Shown: in pieces, positions 63,627 through 64,000 of the stretch
How the letters are laid out: every line of letters starts with the position of its first letter
How positions within the stretch are numbered: position 1 is the stretch's first letter
Assembly (NCBI GenBank): GCA_951406725.2
Contig: OX597821.1
Coordinates: forward strand, 59,706,001 to 59,770,000
DNA: 64,000 nucleotides
Reading direction: 5' to 3'
Source of the DNA: Octopus vulgaris
Lineage: Eukaryota
Made by a program: the position numbers and the translations under genes
Notes under the pieces: model-generated
The model's database searches: none
What the model was told of the DNA's origin: nothing
Seen by the model: only the letters and a program-made list of their open reading frames with translations

Positions 63627-63848
63627 CCCTTTTGTTACCATATTTCTTTTGAGATGCTCTGTTCTTCTTTCAATTAATTTTAAATATAACAAAGAATTTA
63701 GTAAAATAACTTAGTTATCATTAAACTAGTGTTAGGAACATCAATTGTGACTAAGTTTTGATGGCAGATATTAATTCAGAACTTCTTAAAACAAGACATT
63801 TGTACTATAGGGCCAGAGGTGATTTCAACCAGGTTGGTATCAAAAAGG
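63627..63848. mobile_element. TTAA-type MITE inserted in a SINE family C copy
   Basis: ttga|cccttttgttacca ... tggtatcaaaaagg|ttaa; SINE C sequence resumes after 63852. Confidence 0.65.
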
Positions 63849-64000
63849 TTAAAGGTATGCTTGTCTGTGGAGTACTCAACCACTTGCTCATTAATTTCAT
63901 GAGCAGACTGTTCTGTTAATCACCTCAACTGGAACACTACTCATCATCATAACCAATGATGTACCAGTTTTATATATTTGTGTATATGGTGAAGCTAGTG

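Overview
AT-rich, repeat-saturated animal genomic DNA. The repeat families (two tRNA-derived SINE families, (GAT)n-tailed RTE LINE ends, long TA/TATG/ATG microsatellites) look like an octopus genome; this is my inference. The only convincing host coding sequences are two paralogous clarin-like first coding exons on the + strand (28633-28870 and 49213-49441). They are about 40% identical in protein, both intact, and both end in a phase-1 GT donor. I could not find downstream clarin exons between them or after them, so they may be alternative first exons of one gene or parts of tandem paralogues. The rest is transposon-derived: RTE, CR1-like and R4/Dong-like LINE fragments, SINEs, mariner/Tc1 relics, Helitron/Helentron-type elements, TTAA MITEs and a miniature LTR-like element. 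Several Penelope-like units carry hammerhead ribozyme cores, including a tandem pair suited to dimeric cleavage and a tRNA-headed SINE with a hammerhead tail. Most ORFs in the supplied track are microsatellite or repeat artefacts. Boundaries of old repeats are approximate.
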